NCBI GenBank assembly: GCA_019114755.1
Contig: DXEW01000029.1
Location: 48,443 to 112,442 of the forward strand
Direction: 5' to 3'
Length of the DNA: 64,000 nt
DNA from: Candidatus Borkfalkia faecavium
Lineage (GTDB): Bacteria > Bacillota > Clostridia > Christensenellales > Borkfalkiaceae
Below are positions 18,125 through 26,329 of this stretch, piece by piece. How positions within the stretch are numbered: position 1 is the first letter of the stretch; each line of letters starts with the position of its first letter. A model generated the notes under the pieces. It was not told the origin of the DNA, made no database searches, and worked only from the letters and a program-made list of their open reading frames with translations. Both the position numbers and the translations under genes were made by a program.

Positions 18125-18691
18125 TCAGTTCTGGTTATAGGCGCTCATCACGTGTTCGATATCTTCGCCGCGGGCAAAGGCGATGGCGGCGTCCGCCGCG
18201 GCGGAGCACGCCGCGCCGAACAGCGGATAGTCCTCTTTGCGGATGTCGGCGAGCACATAGTTGATGATGGGGATATCGACGGCGGGGTCTTTGATGCCGA
18301 TGCGGATGCGCGGGAACTGCTGGGTGCCGATCTCGCCGATGATGCTGCGCATGCCGTTATGCGTGCCGGCGCTGCCGAAGGCGCGGATGCGCAGCTTGCC
18401 CTTGGGGAGGTCGAAATCGTCGTAGATGACGAGCAGCCGTTCGGGCGGCACCTTATACTTTGCCATCAGCTGCTTGACCGCCCTGCCGCTGGCGTTCATA
18501 TAGGTGACGGGGCGGGCGAGGATGACCTTTTCGCCGCCGAGGAAGGCTTCCGCCACCGACGCCTCGCATTCCTTTTTTTTGAACTTCACCCCCAGCTTGT
18601 CGGCGGCCTCGCCCACGGCGAGGAAGCCCATGTTGTGGAAGGTGGTCTCGTATTTTTTTTCGGGGTTGCCCAGCCCCACGATAAGATACAT
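18125..18691 (-). CDS. pth: Peptidyl-tRNA hydrolase
   Basis: MYLIVGLGNP, HNMGF, TYMNASG, GTHNGMRSI. Confidence 0.96.
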   Translation of the reverse strand: MYLIVGLGNPEKKYETTFHNMGFLAVGEAADKLGVKFKKKECEASVAEAFLGGEKVILARPVTYMNASGRAVKQLMAKYKVPPERLLVIYDDFDLPKGKLRIRAFGSAGTHNGMRSIIGEIGTQQFPRIRIGIKDPAVDIPIINYVLADIRKEDYPLFGAACSAAADAAIAFARGEDIEHVMSAYNQN

Positions 18692-18843
18692 AGCGTTGAC
18701 CCGTTTGCCCTGCCAAGGCAAAGTAAACGGATCGCTTTGGCTTGGTCAGGAAATTTTCTGTATTCTGAACGTGCGAACGCCGCGTTATAAAAACGCGGCA
18801 TATACGCTGATCGCTGTTTTCGTACTTCTTTCGCGCCGATCGC

Positions 18844-19797
18844 TCAGTCGTAGATCTTCGACATGGGCTTATCGAGGTAGACGTTCTCGATGGCGGCGGC
18901 AAAGATGTCTGCCACAGAGATGACCTTGATCTTGTCCAGCATCTTTTCGGGCGGGAGGCAGATGGTGTCGAGCACCGCCAGCTCCTTGATGGGCGCCCGT
19001 TCCAGCCGCTCCATGGCGGGGCCGCTGAACACCGCATGCGTGCAGCCCGCGTACACCTCTTTGGCGCCGTGGTCCATCAGCGCCTGCGCGCCCTGGCAGA
19101 TGGTGCCTGCCGTGTCGATCATGTCGTCCACCATCAGGCACTTTTTGCCCTCGATGTCGCCGATGATGTTCATGACTTCCATCACGTTCGCCTTGGGGCG
19201 GCGCTTATCGATGATCGCCATCTGGCAGTTCAGCTTCATCGCCACGTTGCGGGCGCGGGTGACCGAACCGATGTCCGGCGATACGACGACGAAGTTTTCG
19301 TCGATGATCTTCTTATTCTTGAAATAATTATAGAGGGTGGGTCCGCCCAACAGGTGATCGAGCGGGATATTGAAAAAGCCCTGGATCTGTGCGGCGTGCA
19401 GGTCCATCGTCAGGATGCGGTCTGCCCCTGCCGCCGTGATGAGGTCGGCGACGAGTTTTGCCGTGATGGGATCGCGCGAGCGCGCCTTTCTGTCCTGGCG
19501 GGCGTAGCCGAAATAAGGCATGACCGCCGTGATGCGCCCCGCACTGGCGCGGCGTGCCGCGTCGATGAGGATGAGCAGCTCCATCAGGTTGTCGTTGACG
19601 GGCGCAGACGTGGACTGGATGATGAACAGGTCTCTGCCGCGCACGGTCTCGTCGATGTGGACTGCCGTTTCGCCGTCGGAAAAGCGCCCGACTTCGGCGC
19701 CGCCAAGCTCCGTATTGAGCTTTTTGGCGATCGCTTCCGCCAGCGGGCGGTTGGAGTTGCCCGCGAACAATTTGATCTCGTTGCCGTGTGTTATCAT
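18844..19797 (-). CDS. prs: Ribose-phosphate pyrophosphokinase
   Basis: [37 protein letters not shown]. Confidence 0.97.
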   Translation of the reverse strand: MITHGNEIKLFAGNSNRPLAEAIAKKLNTELGGAEVGRFSDGETAVHIDETVRGRDLFIIQSTSAPVNDNLMELLILIDAARRASAGRITAVMPYFGYARQDRKARSRDPITAKLVADLITAAGADRILTMDLHAAQIQGFFNIPLDHLLGGPTLYNYFKNKKIIDENFVVVSPDIGSVTRARNVAMKLNCQMAIIDKRRPKANVMEVMNIIGDIEGKKCLMVDDMIDTAGTICQGAQALMDHGAKEVYAGCTHAVFSGPAMERLERAPIKELAVLDTICLPPEKMLDKIKVISVADIFAAAIENVYLDKPMSKIYD

Positions 19798-20028
19798 GTG
19801 TACCTCCGCTTTAACACAATACAAAAAACGGTATTTTTACCATATCGTACAGATCAAAAGTCAAAAACATCGTTCAGACAACGGCTTTTTCAGTTGGTAT
19901 AAGCCGGATGAAACTTTTTTGTTCCGATCCCCCTGACACGGCGCTAAAGCGCGCGCCGCGCCTGCCGCCGCACGGTTTCCCCCGCTGCTGCGGACTTTGC
20001 GGAAGGGCAAATTCCCCTTCCCTTACAG

Positions 20029-20057
20029 TATTGTAAAGATTTTCCCCCGATTAGTCA
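20029..20057 (-). promoter_or_regulatory. sigma-A promoter ~230 nt upstream of prs
   Basis: TTGACT-N17-TACAAT on the minus strand. Confidence 0.7.
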
Positions 20058-20199
20058 AATGTTTTGCCCCGTTCCGCCCGATTTATTTTGGCGGGAAGGA
20101 AACGTTCTCTTTTTGCGTCCTCTTTTGAAAGGGGTTGCCTCATGCCGGCATCGGGCGCTGCTACGGCTGCTGCGGGACGCTGCCTGCCGCGGGGCACCT

Positions 20200-20655
20200 C
20201 TACTTGTTCCGCTCGCGCATGGCACGGAAAAAGCCCGATAAGATGGCGGAGCACTCCTCTTCGAGCACGCCCCCTTCCACCTCCAGCGTGTGGTTCAAAA
20301 GGTTGCTCGCAGCCAGCTCCGCCGTCATCGAGCGGCCCTTCTGCTCGTAGGCGCCGAAGTACACCTTGCGGATGCGCGCGTTGAGCGCGGCGCCCATGCA
20401 CATGGGGCAGGGCTCCAAGGTGACGTACAGGTCGCACTCGGGCAGCCGCCAGCTCTTCAGTTTTTTGCAGGCGCGGTCGATGGCGTACATCTCCGCGTGC
20501 GAAGAGGCCATCTGCGTCTTGGTGCGGCGGTTGTAGCCGGAGCCGACGATCTTGCCATCGCACACGACCACCGCGCCGACGGGCACTTCGCCCTGCGCCA
20601 GCCCCTTTTTGGCGCGGCGCAGCGCCTCTTTCATGAATCTGATCTTTTCTTCCAT
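20200..20655 (-). CDS. tadA: tRNA adenosine(34) deaminase
   Basis: EVPVGAVVV, HAE, LYVTLEPCPMC. Confidence 0.92.
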   Translation of the reverse strand: MEEKIRFMKEALRRAKKGLAQGEVPVGAVVVCDGKIVGSGYNRRTKTQMASSHAEMYAIDRACKKLKSWRLPECDLYVTLEPCPMCMGAALNARIRKVYFGAYEQKGRSMTAELAASNLLNHTLEVEGGVLEEECSAILSGFFRAMRERNK

Positions 20656-20789
20656 ATCCGTTACCCAATACCCTTTTGCCGCTCCGCAAGGGGGGGCGGT
20701 CTGCCTTGCCGCCGGCAGATACCGGCCTGCAATTTGCGCTCCCCGCACGGGCAGGACGCGGCGGAGCGGCCCGCCGTTTTTCCTATTCC

Positions 20790-21227
20790 TTATTTATGAT
20801 ATTCGCTGCCGGCGTTGATCATGAAGGCGCGATAGAGCTGTTCGCACAAGATGACGCGCATCAGCTGGTGCGGGAAGGTCATATCCGAAAAGGAGAGCAA
20901 AAGATCCGCCCGCCGCTTGACGGCGCCGCACAGCCCGCAGGAGGAGCCGATGACGAAGGAGATCTCCTTCCCCGCATCGCACAGCTGCTTGAGTTTTGCC
21001 GCCAACGCTTCGCTGGAAAATTTTTGCCCCTCCACCGCCAAAGCGATCGCATACCCGCGCAGCTCTTTGAGGATGAGCGCGCCCTCCTCTTCGAGGGTGC
21101 GCTTTTCGGGCAGTTCCGCGATCTTCACCTCGGCAAAGCGGGTCAGGCGCTTGCAATATTCCGCCACGGCATCGGCATAGAACTTTTCTTTGAGTTTGCC
21201 GACGCAGACGATCTTGATCTTATACAT
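20790..21227 (-). CDS. rlmH: 23S rRNA pseudouridine-1915 N3-methyltransferase
   Basis: IVCVGKLKEK, FVIGSS, MTFPHQLMRVILCEQLYRAF, YHK. Confidence 0.95.
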   Translation of the reverse strand: MYKIKIVCVGKLKEKFYADAVAEYCKRLTRFAEVKIAELPEKRTLEEEGALILKELRGYAIALAVEGQKFSSEALAAKLKQLCDAGKEISFVIGSSCGLCGAVKRRADLLLSFSDMTFPHQLMRVILCEQLYRAFMINAGSEYHK

Positions 21228-21241
21228 ACAGCCGCCCTTGT

Positions 21242-22207
21242 TCAGCCGCCGAAGCCGGAAGCGAGGTTGACGGCCCATACCAGCGCGCCCACGGCAAGGC
21301 CCACGGCGGCGGGAACGAGGAAGGGCTTGACCGCGCCTTCCTTTTTGCGGGCGTTGGACTTATCGAAGAAGGCGAGCCAGGCCAGCACCGCCAAAAGCGC
21401 CGCCGCCGAGAGGGCGCAGAGGATGTACAGCGGCGTGCCGGAAAGGTTTGTGAAGAAGAGGAACTTCGCGTCCAAGAGGATGACGGCGTTGTTGGCAAAG
21501 TGGGCGATCATCGAGGGGATGACCGAGCCGGAACGGACGGCGATGAGGGCGAACAGGCAGCCGCAGATGAACTGGTACACCGTCTGCACGGGGTTCATGT
21601 GCAAGACGGCAAACAGAAGGCCGCTGAGCAGGCAGACGGCGACGGTGCCGCAGTCTTTGATGCCGGAAAGCACGATGCCGCGCAGCAGTGTCTCTTCAAA
21701 AAAGGCGGGAAGCAGCGCCACGACGAGCAGTACGCCGAAAAAGCCCGCCCCTTCCAGCGAAGGAAGGTCGGCGGCGGGGACGGTATAGCCGAAGCGCTCC
21801 AACAGCGCCGCCAGCCCCGTGTTCACCCAGTTGAGGCTGAACAAGGTGCCGAAGGCGAGCAGCAGCGCCAGCACCGCGTAGCGCGGGCGGAAGGCGCAGA
21901 AGCCGAACTGTTTGGGGCCTTCTTTATATATTTTCACGAAGGCGGCGATGACCGCCAAAAAGGCCGCGTCGCTGACCAGATAAGAGATATAGCGGCAGGC
22001 CTGCGTCTGCTGCAGCTGCGCCGTCGTCATGCCGAGCGCCTGCGCCACGAGGGCGAGCGTCACCGCATAGACGAGCGAAAAGATCAGCATCGCCGCCACG
22101 GCGCCCGAATAGACGATGCCGGAGGCGGCTTTTCGCGGCTGTTCGAAGAGGGAATGGTTTTGTCCTTTATTCTGTGCGCCCGCAGGGGCGCCCTTGTTCG
22201 TATCCAT
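21242..22207 (-). CDS. CPBP (CAAX/Abi) family intramembrane metalloprotease
   Basis: Multiple TM segments; EETLLRG, FAVLH, AHFANN motifs. Confidence 0.88.
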   Translation of the reverse strand: MDTNKGAPAGAQNKGQNHSLFEQPRKAASGIVYSGAVAAMLIFSLVYAVTLALVAQALGMTTAQLQQTQACRYISYLVSDAAFLAVIAAFVKIYKEGPKQFGFCAFRPRYAVLALLLAFGTLFSLNWVNTGLAALLERFGYTVPAADLPSLEGAGFFGVLLVVALLPAFFEETLLRGIVLSGIKDCGTVAVCLLSGLLFAVLHMNPVQTVYQFICGCLFALIAVRSGSVIPSMIAHFANNAVILLDAKFLFFTNLSGTPLYILCALSAAALLAVLAWLAFFDKSNARKKEGAVKPFLVPAAVGLAVGALVWAVNLASGFGG

Positions 22208-22488
22208 GCCTATCATTATAATAGAAAACGGCGCGCAAGTAAAATAAAACTCCGGCGCCGCCGCAATCTTTTTGCGATTTGAGAAAATTTTTGTTATAAT
22301 ACATACAGACACAGACGCAAGCGCGGCCCCCGCCGCCAAAAGGCGTGCCCACGCCGCAAGCATGAAAGGCGGCAACGGCCGCCGCAGACAGAACAGGCGG
22401 AACAAGCCACCGGATCGGAGGCAGCCGCCGCAGATAAACAGGCGGTTCGGCCGCAGCATCGAAGGCAGCCGCCGCGGAGCAAAAGCAT

Positions 22489-23325
22489 ATGAGGACTATT
22501 TTTTCCAAACAGATCGAAGACGCCGTTTACGCCCTGGCAGAGCGCGCCTGCCTGCGGCTGACCCCTTCCTGCCGCGTCGCCCTCACGCAGGCGGCGGAGG
22601 AAGAGAGCGGCGCCGCCAAATTCGCCTTAGAGACGGTGCTCGCCAACGCCGACACCGCCGCGCGCGAGAAGATGGCCGTCTGCCAGGACACGGGCTATGC
22701 CGTGGTGCTGGCGGAGATCGGGCAGGACGTGCACATCGAGGGCGAGCCGCTTTCCGAGGCGGTGGACGAAGGGGTGCGGCGCGCCTACGCCGACTGCTGC
22801 TTCCGCAAGAGCATCTGCGACCCCCTCACGCGCGTCAACACCGCCGACAACACGCCCGCCTCGCTGCATACCGAGATCGTGCCCGGCGACAAGGTGCGCC
22901 TCTGCTTCCTGCCCAAGGGCTTCGGCAGCGAGAACATGTCTCGCCTGTATATGCTCACGCCCGCCATGGGCAGGGCGGGCATCGTGGACGCCATCGTGGA
23001 GACGGTGCGCCTTGCCGGCAGCAAGCCCTGCCCGCCCGTGGTGTGCGGCGTAGGGATAGGCGGCACCTTCGATACCTGCGCGCACCTCGCCAAAAAGGCG
23101 CTCACGCGCGAGCTCGGCTCGCATCACCCCCGCGAAGACGTCGCCTCCATCGAACAGGAGGCGCTGGAAAAGATCAATGCCCTCGGCATCGGCGCGCAGG
23201 GCTTCGGCGGCAAGGTGACCGCGCTCGGCGTCCTCTGCGAGGTGCTGCCCACACACATCGCGGGTCTGCCCGTCGCCGTCAACATCCAGTGCCACTGCAT
23301 GCGCTGCGAAAAGGCGGAAATTTAG
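22489..23325 (+). CDS. Fe-S fumarate/tartrate hydratase, alpha subunit
   Basis: CQDTG, NTADNTPA, KGFGSENMS, PCPP, THIAGLPVAVNIQCH. Confidence 0.92.
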   Translation: MRTIFSKQIEDAVYALAERACLRLTPSCRVALTQAAEEESGAAKFALETVLANADTAAREKMAVCQDTGYAVVLAEIGQDVHIEGEPLSEAVDEGVRRAYADCCFRKSICDPLTRVNTADNTPASLHTEIVPGDKVRLCFLPKGFGSENMSRLYMLTPAMGRAGIVDAIVETVRLAGSKPCPPVVCGVGIGGTFDTCAHLAKKALTRELGSHHPREDVASIEQEALEKINALGIGAQGFGGKVTALGVLCEVLPTHIAGLPVAVNIQCHCMRCEKAEI

Positions 23326-23386
23326 CCATCCTTGCCAAGTCAAAACAACGGGACGCCTTCAGGGCGATCCCCGCATTTTGACCGAT

Positions 23387-23414
23387 CTATGCCGCGCATA
23401 GTACTATGCAAACG
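23387..23414 (+). repeat. Dispersed palindromic intergenic repeat, copy 1
   Basis: CTATGCCGCGCATAGTACTATGCAAACG; related copies at ~32293, 52947, 54122, 61282. Confidence 0.8.
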
Positions 23415-23436
23415 TACCGATTTTGAGGTTTGAACG

Positions 23437-23961
23437 ATGAAACGCATCACATTACCGCTGACAGACGATATTATCGAAGATCTGCGCGCGGGCGAGAGCG
23501 TCTTGCTTTCGGGCGAGATCCTCACCGGGCGCGACTGCGCCCATAAGCGCATCTGTGAATTTTTAGACCGCAAAGAACCGCTCCCCTTTTCGCTTGCGGG
23601 CGAGACGATCTACTATGCCGGCCCCTGCCCCGCGCCCGCAGGCAAGGCGTGCGGCAGCTGCGGCCCCACCACCAGCGCCCGCATGGACTCGTTCGCGCCC
23701 CGCCTTTTGGGGCTGGGCCTGAAGGGGATGATCGGCAAAGGCGAGCGCAGCGAAGAGGTGTGCGCCGCCATCCGCAAGGAGCACGCCGTGTACTTTGCCG
23801 CCATCGGCGGCGCGGGCGCCCTGTACGGCAACGCCATCACAAACAGCGAGCTCGTCGCCTTTCCCGATCTTTTGAGCGAGGCGGTGTACCGCTTTACCGT
23901 GAAAGACTTCCCCTGCATCGTCGCCATCGACTGCAAGGGAGGAAATATCTACATAAAATAA
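23437..23961 (+). CDS. Fe-S fumarate/tartrate hydratase, beta subunit
   Basis: TGRDCAHKR, GPTTSARMD, MIGKG, AIGGAGAL, DFPCIVAID. Confidence 0.92.
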   Translation: MKRITLPLTDDIIEDLRAGESVLLSGEILTGRDCAHKRICEFLDRKEPLPFSLAGETIYYAGPCPAPAGKACGSCGPTTSARMDSFAPRLLGLGLKGMIGKGERSEEVCAAIRKEHAVYFAAIGGAGALYGNAITNSELVAFPDLLSEAVYRFTVKDFPCIVAIDCKGGNIYIK

Positions 23962-24062
23962 GCTTTCGCGCGCCCGCGCGACCTTATAATTGCAATAAAT
24001 CTCGGCCCCCGCGCGCTCCCTTGGGAACGCGCGGTTTTTGCGCCCTTTTTTGCCTTTGCCTA

Positions 24063-24091
24063 TTGACAAACGCAAAGACAGGGGGTATAAT
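24063..24091 (+). promoter_or_regulatory. Consensus sigma-A promoter of the two-component system
   Basis: TTGACA-N17-TATAAT. Confidence 0.85.
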
Positions 24092-24125
24092 GAGAGCCAT
24101 AGCGAAGACCGGGGAGGGAATTTTT

Positions 24126-24818
24126 ATGCGCCTTGCCATCGTGGACGACGACGCGCAGCAGCGTTCGCTGCTGGAGGAATACGTCAAAAAATATTTCGAA
24201 GAGCAGGGAAAAGTGTGCGACGTCGTCTGCTTTTCTTCGGGGGTGGACTTTGCCAGCGACTATGCCGCCCCCTTCGACATCATCCTCTTAGATATCGATA
24301 TGCCGCACATGAACGGCATCGAGGCCGCCAAAAAGATCAGGCAGGTGGACGAGCACGCCGTGATCATCTTCATCACCCGCATGGCGCAGTACGCCATCCA
24401 GGGCTACGAGGTGGACGCGCTCGACTTCATGGTCAAGCCGGTCAGCTACTTCAACCTCTCCGTCAAATTGGCGCGCGCCATGCGCAAAGTTCCCCGCCGC
24501 AGCAGCATCGCCGTCAGCGCGGACGGCAAGACGGTCTTCCTCGGCGAGGAGGACATCTTCTATATCGAAGGTCACAACCAATACGTCATCTACCACACCG
24601 TATCCGGCAACTACAAGGTGCACTCGACATTGAAAGAGGCGGAAAAGCAGCTGAGCGCCGCCTTTTCGCGCTGCAACAATTCCTTCATCGTCAACCTGCG
24701 CTACTTGTCGCACCTCGAAAACGCCGACGCCGTGGTCGGCAGCGAGCGGCTGCCCGTCTCGCGCGGGCGCAGAAAGGCGTTTTGGGAAGACGTGAACCGC
24801 TATCTGGGAGGGATATAG
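24126..24818 (+). CDS. LytTR-family response regulator
   Basis: MRLAIVDDD, LLDIDMP, FMVKP receiver domain; IFYIE, FSRCNNSFIVNL, LPVSR LytTR domain. Confidence 0.93.
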   Translation: MRLAIVDDDAQQRSLLEEYVKKYFEEQGKVCDVVCFSSGVDFASDYAAPFDIILLDIDMPHMNGIEAAKKIRQVDEHAVIIFITRMAQYAIQGYEVDALDFMVKPVSYFNLSVKLARAMRKVPRRSSIAVSADGKTVFLGEEDIFYIEGHNQYVIYHTVSGNYKVHSTLKEAEKQLSAAFSRCNNSFIVNLRYLSHLENADAVVGSERLPVSRGRRKAFWEDVNRYLGGI

Positions 24819-24822
24819 CGAT

Positions 24823-26148
24823 ATGGCCGCCATCGAAACCTTTCTCAACGATATCTGGCCCTTCCACATGTTCTTTGCCGTGCAGATCGTACTGGCGGAG
24901 ATGCTGTTCGTCTGCGGGCAGCCCAAGCGCAGCCGCTTCGCCCTGCGCCTTGTTTTCGGGCTGCTGTTCTACCTGCTCCTGGCGTGGTTCCACCCCTACT
25001 ACTGGAACACGCTGGTGCGGGTGCTGTTCATCTTCGGCTGGTCGATGCTTTTGGTGTGGTTTTTGCTGGACGTGCCCTTCAAGCGGGTGCTGTTCATCGG
25101 CCTCGTATCCTACGCCCTGCAAAACCTCTCCTTCAATTTGGGCGACTTCGTCACCTCCGTCATCGGCATCGACCGCGGCCCCCTCTCCTTTTACCTGATC
25201 GCGGGGTCGCTGTTCACCCTCGTATACGCGCTCGCCTATTTCCTCATCGTGCAGCGGTTCAATAAAAACAGCGACCTGTACATCAACAACGTATCCATGC
25301 TGCTGCTCGCCGCCGTCACCATCCTCACCGTGTTCAGCAAAAACCTCGTGTACGGGCTGCACGTGCTCACAGACTACGAACTGCTGGTGTTTTTCAATAT
25401 GCTCAGCGTGGTGCTGGTGCTGTTCATCCAGTTCAGCACCCTGCGGCAGGGGCGCATTTCGGAAGAAAAGCACATCATCGAGCAGCTGCTGCAGGCGGAA
25501 GAAAAGAGCCGCGCCATGCGGCAGGAAAACATCGACATCATCAACATGAAGTGCCACGACCTGCGCTACCATTTGGACGAATACCGCAAGTCCGTCGCCG
25601 ACGACAAGCACGACCAGTTCTTTGCCGAGGTGGCAAAGTCCATCGGCATCTACGACAACACGCCCGATACCGGCAACGGCGCCCTCAACGCCCTGTTCGC
25701 CGAAAAGCTGCTGTACTGCGAGGCGAACGGCATCACCGTGTCGTATATCATCGACGCGGCGGCGATCGAGCAGATGAGCACTTCCGACATCTATTCGCTG
25801 TTCGGCAACGCCTTCGACAACGCCATCGAGAGCGCGGAAAAGGCGGAAAGAGAAAAGCGCATCATCAGCATCTCCGCCCAAAAGAAGGGCGGGTTCGGGC
25901 AGATCGTGTTTTCAAACTACTGCGCCGAAAAGCCGCTGATGCGCGACGGGCTGCCCGTCTCTTCCAAAGACAGCGCCCTGCACGGCTTCGGCGTGCGCTC
26001 CATCCGCTATATCGTGGAAAAATACCGCGGAAATCTGGTCATCGACTGGAAGGAAAGCATGTTCACCCTCAGCATCCTGCTCCCCCTGCCCGAAGAAAAG
26101 GCGCAGAAAAAGGAGCTCTCCGCGCCCCTTCCCCTCCCCAAACAATGA
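24823..26148 (+). CDS. Membrane GHKL sensor histidine kinase (AgrC-like)
   Basis: N-terminal TM helices; KCHDLR, FGNAFDNAIE, HGFGVRSI. Confidence 0.92.
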   Translation: MAAIETFLNDIWPFHMFFAVQIVLAEMLFVCGQPKRSRFALRLVFGLLFYLLLAWFHPYYWNTLVRVLFIFGWSMLLVWFLLDVPFKRVLFIGLVSYALQNLSFNLGDFVTSVIGIDRGPLSFYLIAGSLFTLVYALAYFLIVQRFNKNSDLYINNVSMLLLAAVTILTVFSKNLVYGLHVLTDYELLVFFNMLSVVLVLFIQFSTLRQGRISEEKHIIEQLLQAEEKSRAMRQENIDIINMKCHDLRYHLDEYRKSVADDKHDQFFAEVAKSIGIYDNTPDTGNGALNALFAEKLLYCEANGITVSYIIDAAAIEQMSTSDIYSLFGNAFDNAIESAEKAEREKRIISISAQKKGGFGQIVFSNYCAEKPLMRDGLPVSSKDSALHGFGVRSIRYIVEKYRGNLVIDWKESMFTLSILLPLPEEKAQKKELSAPLPLPKQ

Positions 26149-26160
26149 CGAGTATACCCG

Positions 26161-26192
26161 ATGCGGGCGGCGAAAAGCCGTCCGCATTTTTT
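26161..26192 (+). terminator. Intrinsic terminator after the kinase
   Basis: ATGCGGGCGGC-gaaaa-GCCGTCCGCAT followed by a T-run. Confidence 0.7.
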
Positions 26193-26210
26193 GTTTTTGC
26201 ACAAACAGAC

Positions 26211-26279
26211 GACCATTCTCACAAAATATTTGACCATTCTCACAAAAGTTGCGCAGATGCCTTCCGCGTTTGCTATAAT
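26211..26279 (+). promoter_or_regulatory. LytTR-type direct-repeat operator and extended -10 of the GH3 gene
   Basis: Perfect 16-bp direct repeat GACCATTCTCACAAAA at 26211 and 26232 (21-bp period), then TGCTATAAT at 26271-26279. Confidence 0.8.
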
Positions 26280-26329
26280 GGCGGCGCCAAGCGGGAAACT
26301 CCGCTTGAGTAAGCAAGGGAGGACGGATC

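Noticed and set aside
19860-20200. SRP RNA (ffs), often found after tadA
   Set aside because: The conserved helix-8 motif (CAGG..GGAA..AGCA) is not present; kept only as an unassigned leader.
23649-24125. N-terminal extensions in the ORF track for the response regulator, luxS, apgM, hemW, guaB, rsmD, CPBP and MarR
   Set aside because: Upstream in-frame extensions lack RBS and family similarity; starts were reassigned to RBS-supported codons.
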